Below are positions 11,438 to 24,000 of a stretch of DNA of 64,000 nucleotides, piece by piece. Source of the stretch: Zygnema circumcarinatum SAG 698-1b (taxonomy: Eukaryota; Plantae; Zygnematophyceae); the NCBI GenBank assembly GCA_037447605.1, contig CM074811.1, positions 2,914,001-2,978,000 of the forward strand. The letters run 5' to 3'. The translations under genes and the position numbers were made by a program. Below the pieces are notes generated by a model. It searched no databases. It was not told the DNA's origin and worked only from the letters and a program-made list of their open reading frames with translations. Numbering within the stretch: the stretch's first letter is position 1; each line of letters opens with the position of its first letter.

Positions 11438-13595
11438 GGAAGAGGGAGAGAGAGAGAGAGGGAAGAGGGAGAGAGAGTGAGAGGGAAGGGAGAGGAGAGA
11501 GAGGGAAGAGGGAGAGAGAGTGAGAGGGAAGCGAGAGGAGAGAGAGGGGAAGGAGGGGGAGGGAGCGAGTGGAGATTGGGCGGAGAAGCAAAAAACAGCT
11601 TTCACACCGCCCTTCATACTCTACTCTCAGCTCTTCTTTCCCCAATGCACGAAACCTTGGACAAAAAACATAGTCAGTTCCAGATTCAGATTCATGCAAC
11701 TGAACGTTGCCAGCCCCAATCCAACATTCCATTCACCCCAATCTGACAAGACTGCAACCCTAACTGACATCCCCTGAAAAACCTAACCCTAATTTACCAC
11801 GACTTGGGGCTCTGCAACCCTAATCTGACCCACCTGTGGCTTCTCCTCCTCTTCCTCCTCCTCTGCCTGCTGCACTCTCTGCCTCCTCGCAGCCGATGGC
11901 ATTGCTGTGGTGGTCTCCACAGCAATCTCCGCGAGGACCCGGTCAACCTCCTCCTCCGTCTCATCCTCAATGTCCTCCGAATCGAGAGCATCGTCCAGCG
12001 ACTCATTCACCATCTCCTCCATAATACCAGCCTGCCGCCACATTCACTCAAAACACAAACTTTCCTTCTTAAGTGGGCAACACGGCGCTAGTTTCTCGTG
12101 AGGATTGGCATTTAGAAAGTTGGAAGTTTGAGAATCTTGTAGAGATGTTAAAGAGGAAAGGAGAACACATCGGTTATTTGGGATCTGCAGTTGCTTTACA
12201 TCTATTTCATACCAATGACTTTATAGAAACCAAGGCACTAGAGCTGTTCTAACTCCACATGGCATCAAGGATTGCAGTAAAGATTAGCCCTTACCCTCGC
12301 CAGCTCCTTCTGAAGGTCCTGCATGGTTGCTGCAACTTCGTGCGCTTTCACCAGCCCGTTCACAAGCTTCATCACTTCAGTACTTTTCTGAAGGTGCCCA
12401 ACAACCTTCACCATAGCTGCATGCAAAGTTTTGAACATACGATTCCACATATTGGGACTCGATTAGGGTAAAACAGAGTAGATCAAAGGTAAAAATCCAG
12501 CAGAAAACGAAGCGAAAATCTGCAAAGAAGCAGCATAAGGATGAGCTTTGCCAGCTTTATTTGAAACGATCGTCATAGTCTACGCAAAACTCTGATTATG
12601 GGGAACCCTAATTTTACAAATGAAGTACCCCATGAGAAAAAAGGGATTTTTGAGTGATGTTCGCACCTAACTGCTCCCCAAGATGCATAACAACTGAGTT
12701 CATTTGAGCCTTTTGCTCGTGCATTCGCATAATCGCTTTGCGAGACCTCACAAGCTCCTTAGCCAAATGCTGCAGCAGCAATGGGAAATTTGAAAACAAA
12801 AAAGAAGTTTTTTAATTTTTATTTTCATATGGTCTTTTTAAACTCTCACACACAGAAAAAACAAGGAACCCTAATTCGATACTCAAAACTCGCCTAAGAA
12901 AGAGGAAAAGAAAGAAAGAGAGAGAGGAAAGAAAGAGAAAGAGAGAGAGAAAGAGAAAGAGACGAGCCTTGGCGGACGCAATGTCATTCCGCTTAACCGC
13001 TTCACGAATTCCTTTCTTAACCGACGCCTCTTCGCGTTGAATCTCTGCACCGGCTCACCGCACGTCCTCACCTTTCAGTGTACAAAAAGCCAAACCCTAA
13101 TTAGGGCAGGGGAGCAAGGAGAGGCAGGGGACTCGGGAAGTCCAAACCCTAACTTTGGAGAGCAGACGCAGGCCGCTGGTACGACAAATGCGCATAAATC
13201 CTCGTTATCCTAGTACAAAAGAGAAAGGGAGAAAGCGGGGCGAGCGAAAAAAGACAGGGACAGAGAGGGGGAGAGAGGGGGAGAGGGAGAGGTGGAAGGA
13301 CGGAGGGAGGGACGAGCGATTGGGGAGAGAGAAAGAAAAGGGAAAGAGACGGAAAGGGAGAGGGGGGAGGGTGGCAGGGTGCGAGGACAGAAAGAAAGGG
13401 AGAAAGAGGGGAGAGAGAGGCCAAAGAAAGGGAAGGAGTGAGGCCCGAGAGAGAGAGAGCAGGGGGGGTTGCGAGACCTCTGACAGAGCGCTCGAGGTTG
13501 CGCGTCTCTTGGCGGAGTCGGCGCTGCCATTCGCGCACCTGCTGCTGGGGGGTCAGCCTTGGGGCGCCGCGCAGCATCCCCGCCAGCCGCTCCAT
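11277..13595 (-). CDS. VPS24: ESCRT-III subunit VPS24/CHMP3 (Snf7 family); exons 13595-13478, 13044-12968, 12769-12667, 12416-12295, 12031-11834, 11369-11277
   Basis: Spliced protein: PQQQVREWQRRLRQETRNLERSVREIQREEASVKKGIREAVKRNDIASAKHLAKELVRSRKAIMRMHEQKAQMNSVVMHLGEQL...AGIMEEMVNESLDDALDSEDIEDETEEEVDRVLAEIA...ELAALRERLDKARGGT*. Phases are consistent; intron 2 needs a GC donor. Confidence 0.93.
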
Positions 13596-14829
13596 GGGGG
13601 GGACACAGAGAGAGAGGGAGGGAGGGAGGGAGGGAGGGAGGGAGGGAGGGAGAGAAAGGGAGGGATAGAGAAAGTCTAGGAGACGAGAAAGAGAGAGAGA
13701 CGGGAAGGAGTGAGAGAGAAGAAAGCAAGTAGAGAAGATGGAGAGGGAACGGGGGTGTTGGCGCAGACGAGGACGAGAGAGGGGGGGAAAGAGAGAGGGA
13801 GGGAGAGTGAAAGTTCAGAAGAAGAGAGAGAGAGAGACAGGAATTAGTGAGAGAAAGGAGACAAAACAGCGAGAAGGCAGAGGGAGAGGGAGAGGGAGGG
13901 CCTTTCAAAGGAAAGATCGACTGAGCGAGGGAAGGCCTGGGAGAGGAAGACCCGCTTGAACTGCTCGTTAAAGTCAACTGCTAGCTTGCCCTCGTCAATG
14001 TTATCGTAGAAACTTTTTCGAAATCAGCATTTCTGGCGCTCTCTATGTGCGAAATCGCCGTTCAAAATTTTGGCCTTTCTGCGATCCGCCCTCTAAGCAC
14101 GTCAGCAGTCAGCGAGACCACACGTAACAGAACGCCAAGGTGGACACGTGGACGGCCGGGATTCTCCCACTAAAGAAAAAAAAAAGATGTCTCCGTCGGA
14201 CGGTGGAAGATGTGGCCACGTCAGCTCGTTGTCATTTACCGGCACATTTAACGTTGGGATGCACCGACATTGTGTCACATGCGAGAGGGAGGGCGATCTG
14301 GGGCGGGTCTGTGCGCGCGCGATCAGCGCGAGACTGCGCGGCCTAGTGCCTCCTGCGCACTCAGCACTGCGCACTCAGCACTGCGCACTCGGTTTCCCTT
14401 CATCTCGCGCCCTCACTCTCCCACTCTCCCTCCCTCTCTCCTTCCTTCTCCCTCTCTCCCCCCCATTCCCACTCTCCCTCTCTACCTCCCTCCCTCTCTC
14501 TCCCTCTCTCCCTCCCCCTTCTTTTCCTCTCTCCGCCCCTCTCTCTCTTGCTCTCTTCTCCCCTCTCACTCCCCCTATCGCCCTCCCCCTATCTCTTGCT
14601 CTCCCCCCATCTCTCTCCCCCACTCTCTCCCTCTCCCTCTCCCCCCCTCTCTCTCCTCCCCCCCTCTCTCTCTCCCTAGTTTCCCTCCTTGCCTCCCTCC
14701 ATCCCTCCATCTCTCGTTTGGCATCTCTCCGCCCCTCCTCTCTGTCTTCCTCCCTCCCTGCCCCACTCTCCTCCCCTCTCCTCTCCCCCCCCTCTCACGG
14801 TAGCCCTCTCTCCGCCCCCGCCACCCACC

Positions 14830-15790
14830 ATGTCCCTGGAGGTAGGAGTGCTCCTCCTTCTCGCCACGCCTGTAGCTCTCGCCGTCCATCACCGCCGCCT
14901 CCGCAACCTATGGCAGCGGCGCGGCCCTCTCTACGCTGGTCTCCGCCCTGGATTCAGTCCCTCTCTCTCCGACTCTTACAGGTCAGCCCCTCTCCCACCC
15001 CTCCCGCTCCCACAGTCATGCGCCCCCTCCCAACTCTATATCCCCTTCTATGCTCATTCTGTTCCGTTCCTCTTACGTTGCTGTTCCGTTACCACTGACC
15101 AGCCCTCCCCCACCCTCCGAGGAGCCCGCTATGGAGGTTTGCGTGCTCTCATTGGTTGGCCCTCCCTCCAATCCGCGCTTCCCCTCTCGCGGCATCTTCG
15201 AGCCCTTTCTAGTGCTCCGCTGCGGCTCCTGCCTCGTCCGCACGTCTGCGCTGCAAAGCGCAGGGGAGCCCTCCTTGGAGCCCTTCTCTTTCACCCCCAT
15301 ATTCCAGACATTCTCTTTCCCCCTTCCTTCCGCAGAGGGAGGCGGGGAAGGTAGCAGGAGAGGAGGCGAAGAAGGGAGCGGGGGAGGGGAAGAGGGAGGG
15401 GGAGGTGGAGGGGGAGGTGGGAGAGGTGAGGGAGACGGAGGAGGAGCCATGGATGCACAACTGGAGGTTTTTCTCTACGGTCGGAAGCTTCGGAGGCGGC
15501 CCTGCATGAGTGGTTCTCTTTCAGCCGTGCGACTTCTTGCTGTAGGGAAGGTCCGCATGGGGGAGGGACAGGTGTCGCGTTCTGAGGGGGGGAGGGAGAA
15601 CGTGCTCCATAGTGTGAGGCTTGGTACTCGCGTGGGGAATTTGGGGGGCACTGTGCAGGTGGGAGTGAGGTTTAATTGGGGTGGGAGCGAGGGAGGGAAG
15701 GAGGGAGAGAGGGGGGGGGAGGTGGGAGGAGAGGTTTTCATTGTGCTGTCCGTTGGAGAGGAGCCGAGCATCGCTGTCCGGACGGAGTGA
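14830..15790 (+). CDS. Putative N-terminally membrane-anchored C2-domain-like protein, ~279 aa; exons 14830-14981, 15103-15790
   Basis: A phase-2 GT-AG intron joins a hydrophobic N-terminus (LEVGVLLLLATPVALAV) to MEVCVLSLVG...FEPFLVLRCGSCLVRTS...FQTFSFPL...LEVFLY...LLAVGKVRM...GGTVQVGVRF. The strand pattern is C2-like; family assignment is by eye. Confidence 0.55.
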
Positions 15791-16452
15791 AGGCTCTGAA
15801 GTATCTGAAACCCTAAAATTCGCGACACCCCTGACATCTAGTTAAGGATCCCCAGTATAAATATTGTAAATCGTCCATATGTTGGCACAGGTGTTGTAAA
15901 TATTTTCAAATTAATCCACTATTTAAAGAGTCTTAGGGTTGATGTATGGCATAGTATCAATACTTTGTAAGGCAAATCGTGAATACAGCAAGAAAGAGAG
16001 GTGAGGCATGAGCTGGCCATAATTTATATTTTTAGGGTTAGGAGGTGCAAATAAAGCTTATCCAAATTAAGCTTAAACTTGTACTAGACTTGCAGATGCA
16101 ATAAATTCGCTGAGATCTCCCTCCCTGCCTCCCCCCCCGCCCCCTCTTCCTCCCTTCCTCCCTTCCTCTCTCCCTCCCTTCCCCCCCAACCTCCCCACCC
16201 TCCAACTCTCTGGGGCATACGACGACTAATACAAATCTTGTAGTCTAAATTTCATTCGAAAATCACCGTTTTTCAACGGATATGCCGCACTGCTTCATGA
16301 TAAACAACTCCAATCTCTCGCTATCGACAACCTTAAAAAAATTAGAACATAGAAGAGGACCCTTTTACTCTACTCCACAAGCTCAAATGAACAAAATTCA
16401 GATCCTACCGTCACATCTCCATCCCTTCCAACCCTAATTTTCAACAATCTTC

Positions 16453-19400
16453 TTACTCCGTCTTCTTCGCCCATCCCTTCTTCGCCTTCTGCGTGTAGAT
16501 AACAGCATCATCGCATATGAAGCTCCACCATAAGTGTGTGAGAGGAATTGTGGCCAAGTGCCAAAGCGAGTGAGCATCAACCACTCCCTTCATGGGGGGA
16601 AAATCAAACACTTCAAAAAGCATAGCGAGAGACGTCCCAAGCACAGCTACACAGAGCTTCACTCGGCTCGGGTGCTGCGTGAGCAACGCCCAACCCACCC
16701 ACACGAGAAGCTGGGCAACTCCCATAGTTAAGCAGACCTTCATGTTCAGCCCTGCACAAGGAACGATAGGCAAAAGAGTACTTTAGCGTAGGTTGCGGCC
16801 GGAGGGAGGGAGGAAGGGAGAGTGGGAGGGAGGGAGGGGGAGGAGCGAGCGAGGGAGAGGGTAAAGGGAGGAAGTCGGGGAGGGAGGGAGGGAGGGAGGG
16901 AGGGAGGGGGTAGGGAAGGAGAAACGGAGGGAGGGAGGGTGAGGAGGGAGGGAGCGAGGGGAGCGTAGAGGAAGGGAGGGAGAGAGGGGTCAGGGAGGAA
17001 AAAGGAAGGGAGGGAGGGAGGCGATGGAGAGATGGACGATCGGGGAGGAGGGAGAGGGAGGGAGGAATTGAAGGGGGAGGGAGCAACAGATAGAGAGGTG
17101 AGGAAAAGGCACAGACGTTGATTTGATGACTGATGAATCCTTACCATAATCAAAGTTATAGAAGTTGAGATAAAGGATGTGTGTTGCGGTGAATGCGATT
17201 ATTGGGGCGGAGTACATCACTCGGGGGGCCTCCAGCCGCAAATTAAGCGTTCGAATTAAAGCAAGAATGAGTACTCCGCCGATGAGAGCAATGGCCGAGG
17301 AGTAATCCCACGCTTGAGTGAACGGTGTATCTCTGCAAATATGAGTAAAAACAAAATTGGAGTGAGAGGGGGGGCCTGCCTGAAACAGTGTGAAAAAAAA
17401 AATGAAAAGGGACCCAAGCAAAGAGAGTAGCATGTTGGGCATAAAATCCCTTCATACTTTCTGAACGCTCAACTACTTCAAGGTCTAAGTGAAACCCCAC
17501 CCTTTAGAAAGAAAGCAAAACCTATCACCCCACCAACTTCTCTTCAAAGCAAAACACCCCCCTTCCACCCTTCAAATCACATCCAAACATCTTAGTGCTC
17601 GTGGTCCACCTAACTAACCCTGCCGTTATACGGATCCATTAACTGACAGTTCACAGTACCTCGCATGGAACACCGCGCTCCATAGCCATGCATGGAGGGC
17701 AAGGGCTCCATAAGCGAGCCACAGTCCCGCGTAGTCATATACAGGGAGGCGGCTGCCTGAGGACTTTCGTGGAAGCTTACGGAACACAAGGTGGGAGAAA
17801 CGCAGGATGCCGAGGAGGGTGACGATGAGGTTGAGAACGGAGAACAAAACGGAGGCAGGCTCCTGGACACATGGAAGGGGGGGGGAGGGAGAGGGAGGGG
17901 AAAAGGGATGAGGGGGAGAGGGGAGGGTGAGGGGGGGGGGGCAGGAGGAGGGCGAGGGGGAGAGGGAGGGGGAGCGGGAGGAGGAGGGCGAAGGGCAGAG
18001 GGGGGGAAGGGAGGGAAAAGGCGATGTGGGAAAGGGGAGGGGAGAGTGAGGCGGGAGGGGGCGAGAGAAAGAGGGAGGGCGAGGGCGAGGTGGAGCGAGG
18101 GGGAGGGCGGGGGGGTGAGGGTGGCAAGGGAGATAGTGAGGGGAGGTCAGGGTGAGACGGATGGAGAGAGGGAGGGGGCAGGGGAGGTTGAGGGGGAGCG
18201 GGAGGGGATGAGCCGAGGGGAACGGAATCCGAGGGGAAGGGGGAGGGCGGAGGGAATGGGGAGGCGAGGGGTAGGGGGAGGAGGAGAGGAGGGAGAGGGA
18301 GGGAGGAGAGGAGAGAGAGGGGGAGGGGAGGAAAGAGAAGAGTGAACGAGGAGAGGGGAAGGGGAGGAGGAGAGGGAAGAGAGCGGGAGAAGGAAAGGGA
18401 GGCTAAGCGAAAAGGAAGGTCATGGAGAGGGAGGAAATAGAGAGGCAAACATGGCTGCAATGCAGGGTTGGGGAGAAAAACAGCAAAGAATGCTTCACCA
18501 GCAAATAGTGACAATTGTACTGGAGGGTGGGGCTCGGGATGCCACTACCTCGCAGCCAATTAGCAAGCTTTAAATAAAATCCGACTGAAACGGATTTCAC
18601 GGAGAGCAATTTTTCCTAATTCAATCGACCCATTTTCATTTGATAAAGTTAACCTGAACTCAATTGAACTTAAGAAGCAACTGCAGCGTACACGCTCAAT
18701 TAACTCAAGCAACTTCTGGGTCCACACCCCGCCTTCCAAACTCCTCACCTGCATTCCAAGAACACGAATGAACGGCCATTTTCCGTAATATTTTAGCGGT
18801 TCTAAATTTTGAGACGACCTTTTTTCTTCCTCCGCGCGCATGCATTGGTAGCGGCACTCATCGCTGCAGCTCCACTGGGTGATTTTCAGCACAGGGGGTT
18901 CTGCCACGAGGCCCAATCCCGAGGCGCCACCTGTACACCCCGGAATGCAGGAATTTCGGACACATCCGGTGGAGGCGCATTCAGCGATACATGAACTGCA
19001 TGGAAGGGGAGAGAGGGAGAGGGAAAGAGAGAGGGAGTTGGAGAGGGAGCGGGAGAGAGAATTAAGGCTAAGGGGGTAGGACTTGGATGGTAGTGACTCA
19101 TTAATTATTCTCTCACCTGCTTTTCTCATCTCCCAACTCCCCGGCCCTACTTTTTGTCTATTTTCTGATTGATTTCTGTAACCTGCGACTGAATAATCTA
19201 AGCAGACTTTTCTAAAGCTGACAAAGGAAATATATATGACATGCACACTCGGCCGCATTTAGCGGCTAGACATTCTAAAAATTCGTTTGGCTTCACATAG
19301 AACCATTCCAGTTCCTGTTTCAGTTTCAGTTGAACTTGATGACATGTAACTCCTGAAACAGCGACCCTTCTCTCAAAGCTCTGAAACCACAATCCCCTGA

Positions 19401-19654
19401 ACCCTGAATCTCCCGCATGCATGCACACTGATTTCCTAAACCCCTGAAATTCCAGAAGCCCTAAATAATCTCCGTTCCCATGTGCCCAGTTTCTCAAACC
19501 CTGAGCCTAAAGCACAGAGATCCGTGCTCTCGAAACCCTAAATCTGAACCCTAATGCCGCACCTGAAGGCGACCCCGCGGTCTCCTTCGCTCGCCCAGCT
19601 CGAGTGGACGCAAAAACAGAGGAGCAGCGCCGCCACACGCAGCCCTCTCCCCAT
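16453..19654 (-). CDS. PGAP3: PGAP3/Per1-like GPI-anchor remodelling phospholipase; exons 19654-19563, 18995-18749, 17862-17660, 17332-17145, 16751-16453
   Basis: Per1 motifs: WASEGDR, WSCSDECRYQCM, KYYGKWPFIRVLGMQEPASVLFSVLNL, AWLWSAVFHARDT..TQAWDY, FDFPP...DAHSLWHLATIP. Phases 2,0,2,1 are consistent. Confidence 0.95.
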
Positions 19655-21074
19655 CTCTCCCTCTCCCTCTCTCTCGCTCTCTCTCTCCCCCCAACCCCAA
19701 CCCTCTCCCTCTCCCTCGCTCCCCTCCTCTCCCGCTCCCTCGCTCCCCTCCTCTCCCTCTCCGTTGCTCCCCTCCTCTCCCTCTCCCTCGCTCCCCTCCT
19801 CTCCCTCTCCTTCGCTCCCCTCTCCCTCTCCCTCGCTCACCTCCTCCTCTCCCCCCTCTCCCTCTCCCTCTCCCTCTGTCCTCCCTCTCTTCCGCTCCCC
19901 CTGAGCCCGCCCCTGCCTGCCAGCTGGCGCTCGAAATGGACCGGTGGGGGCACAACGCAACAACAACGGGGTGGAGGGCAGGCTGCGGACCGCGTCACAT
20001 GTGGCCGTTTGGTTCACACCGTTCAACCTCGCCCGAACTGCTTTTGGAACTGTAGCTGAGCCTGCGCGGCGTGAAATTCTGCTCATGGAAAGGGAAGAAG
20101 AGACAAAACAACGACTCGGTCTTGCAGGCATGACGTCAGCGTCCTTGTCGGCTCTGTAATTTTGACCGGTTTCCAGCTATCGTACAGTACGACATTTGGA
20201 ACACCGGGCGGGGATGTTTGTCGTTTTTGAATGACCTGGCGGCGCTGCCTACAACCGCACCGGGACTCTGTTTTGTAGTGTGACTAAATATGACTAGACT
20301 GACCAAACCGCGTGACCAAAAGAAACCGAGTCAAGCCAGGTCACTGGTTAGCCAGCCTGTTCCATTGTTAGCGAAACCATTCTCAGTGTAAGTCATTGGC
20401 CTTTAAAAGTCTTGTAATTGCTTTCAATTCCACACCTAACATACATGGGGTACCATGCTATGTGCATCCACAGATCGCATGTATGCATGCATCCCTCATG
20501 CATGCATGCATGCATGTGTTCAATCTGCACAAGCCTGCACATTCGGTTCAATAAACGGCGCCATTCAAACGCGGCGGCCTGCACACATCATGTAAATCAT
20601 CGCATCATCTCCAATCAATATCGCGCAAATTGCGCGTGCCTGAACGCTGCCAGCAGCTCTCGGCTGAAAATTATCCTCTTTCAAAACGAAGAAATTTGCG
20701 TGTCTGCCTCGGCCGCAATGTACAAGGCCGTACAGGAAAAGCTGCTCTCAGGCTTTTAGTGTTTAGGGCTCAGTGTGTGGGGCCTTACAGAAGTTCAGAT
20801 TCTTTAGCAGAACGCTACCATCCTTCCAAGAAAATCAAAGAGTACATGAACTGCAATGACCTATTTTTTATCATCACGATGTGTAACTAAAGCACTACCC
20901 CACTCCCCCTCTCTTCTTTTCACTTCGTCCCTCTCTCTCTCTCTCTCCGACCCCTCTCTCTCTCAGCTCTTTTTCCTTTGGACATTTACAAGTCCCTTCT
21001 CGAACCTCGAACGTCCTGAGACAATATCCAGATTTCCAACATTTTCCGCATCCTCAAACTCTCCCTCCCTCCCC

Positions 21075-24000
21075 TCAATCCTCCATGGCCTCTCCCTCCT
21101 CTTCCTCCTCTCCTTCCCTCCCCTCCTTCACATTCACACTAAACTCATACTCCTGATCGCACCCAAGGTAGGAGTCACACATGAAGTAGAGCATCAGCTT
21201 CTTCTCTCCCACTGCCTCCTCCTTCCCTATCTTGAAATCCAGCTTCATTCGCGCCCTCCTCTGCAGCGCCACCCTCTTAATAGCCAATAGGACGTTCGTT
21301 TTTGGGTCTCCCACAACCAACCACCATCCCTCCTCCTTCTGCTTGGGGAAGAAGGGAGCATCCACCGGACCCACCTCCTGCCCCTGCTCTACCTCCCTCT
21401 CGAGAGTGACCTGCAAAGTCACATGCTCTCCCGCCGCCACCTCTTGCCCCTCCTGCACCTCGTACAGCAGATCTATGCTGGGAAATCTGTTGCACACTCT
21501 CACCAGATCCCTCAGTTGTCCTTCACTGAACTGCAGCAACTTGGAACGCTCCTCGTCGTCCATGTCCACAAACTCCGCAACGGACTCCACTCCCATCTCC
21601 ACAAACTTCTTGGCAAGGTCCTTTGTCATGTGCGGGAGCTGGAGGAGGTAGGAGTCGCGCTCCCACTGGGCCTGCACATGGAACAGCCACTCTTCAATCA
21701 AGATTTTGCAGAGGGAGTGGGGCAGGGGAGAGGGAGGTGGGGGAGGGGGAGGAGAGAGAAAACGAGTGAGCGAGAGAGAGAGAGAGGGGGGGGGAGAGGA
21801 GAGAGAGAGAGAGAGGGTACCTGCGTGACGCACTGTGACAACTCCATGGCTGCTAGAGCGGGTCTGAGCCACCCCGAGCTGGAGACCACATCCACCATGG
21901 CCTGGAGGAGACGCGGAGCTTCCAACAGCACCACTCTCTGATCCTGTGAGAGAGGCCCCCCCAGAGGGTGGCGGGAGAGGTGGGCCTGCAGGAGAGCATT
22001 GGCCTTAGTGTGGGGTTCATTGAATTTGGGTTTTTCCAGAGCGAACCGTTGGTGGTTCATCATTTTTCTGATAGCCTCCTCCTCGCCCGGCCTCACGGGC
22101 ATCTTTGAAAACTCCGACGCAGAAGTGAGGATCTCAATCAGGCCCTTCAGTTTTGTCTTTTGGGTCAGCGAGGAGGCAAAAAGTTCGATGGTGGTGTAGC
22201 TGATGTAGTAGTAGGCTGCAATCATTCCCAAGTTCAGCGCTTCCAAATCCATGTCTGCTTGAATCAGGAGACACTTGCTTGCTTCCAGATCAGCAATTGT
22301 GCTCTCTACAAGGTCCGACAGATGCTCACTCAAATGTCGATGGGAGACTCCTTGCAGATTGTAATAGTTAGGGTTCTGGGTTAAACGACGGTAGAAGAAT
22401 GTCCAGGTGAGGTAGTCTACCGCATCTTGCTTGCTCTCTATGGTCCTCACTACCACCTCCGCATTCATGTGATCATGGAGGTAGTGATCAAGGTGGGATT
22501 CCACGGGCAGCGGCTCGAACAAAAACTTTTTGTAGTACTCTTTCCGGGGGGCGTGACAGAGGATCACGCATTTTCCAAAGGTATCTACAAGGGGTCTGCT
22601 TGCTCTCCCCATCATTTGAAGCAAATCTGTGATAGGATAATCCGCATGTGCGCTTTCTCGAGCATCAAAATATTGGGTCCCCATAACCACGACTAAGTGC
22701 GCCGGCTGAATCCCCCAGCACATAGGACTGCTCGCTACGCATACCTGAATAGCCCCCGCATAGAACAGCTGTTCCACAACCTCCTTTTCTGCAGAACTGA
22801 GCCCCTCATGGAGATAGCCGACTCCGTAGCTGAGAGCCTGCTTCAGTGCTTTGTCCTTTACTCTCTCCAAGAAGGGTTTAAGGTCTTCTTCTGTACAATG
22901 CAAAAATGGAGATCTATCGACAGCTCCTGCAGGCCCACCTGCATCATTTGCTGCATAAACTGAAAGATCGAGTGCCGTTAAACGGGCGTGTTTCCGTGTT
23001 GGAACGAACACAATGGCTGGTTTACGTTCCCGTGACGCATGCTGAATTATGGCGGTATATGCGGGCTTTGTCATGGCCTGCATTCTGGCATCAAAATTTG
23101 CAATATCCACCCCCTGAATGTGAATTTCCAGCGGTACAGGTCGCACCGCGGGAGAGAAGTTGAAGAGACCGTGGGAGCTCGCTCCGATCCATTCGCCCAA
23201 ATCCTTTGCATTTGCGAGAGAGGTGCTGAGAGCGATAATGCGAATCTTGCTTTCCAATTGAGAGCTCATGTAGCGCATGCGGCTGGTCACAACTTCCACA
23301 ACAGGACCTTCATTCCCGCCAATCAGATGCAGCTCATCCACAATGAAAAGGTCCGTCTGCATCAAAATTAGGGGTACAAGTGGAACGAGAAAATGAATAT
23401 GCTGCCGAATTCATTCTAGTAGAAAACCTCGGTCCTCTCAAATCCCTAGAAACACCCAAAAGTTCCCTGAGAAAATCCCAAACCCTGTCCTCCCCAGAAG
23501 CGGACGAGACCCTGCAATTCCCAATAGAGCATCTTCCTCCCCCTCCCCCTCCCCCTCTCCCTCTCCCTCTCCCTCTCCCTCTCCCTCAGGACAAAAGACC
23601 GAGTCCAGCTACTCTTTGAAGCCTGTCCAATTAAGCACAGCCCTGAGAAAGGATGAAGAGGCCTAGTCCAGATTAAGGTCAAGTTCAAAAATACTTAGGA
23701 ATTCGAATTTTTTAGGGTTCTCACCTGCTGCACAGCCTTCCGCTGCTTCCACCTTCTGGAGAGAGCGTCCCACTGCTCGGGAGTACATATTACAATGTTG
23801 GCCTTATCCAAAGCCTTCAAATCGCTTCCGCTTTCTCCAGTAAGCTCCACCACCCTTGCCCCCAAGCCCTGCCCAAACTTCACCTGCCAATCGCGAAGTC
23901 TCTCCTTTGCGAGTGCTTCAACAGGAGCAACATAGACGCACCTTCCCCCCATGCCTCCGTGTTTCTGAAACATCCGTAGAACGGCAAATTCCGCACATAT

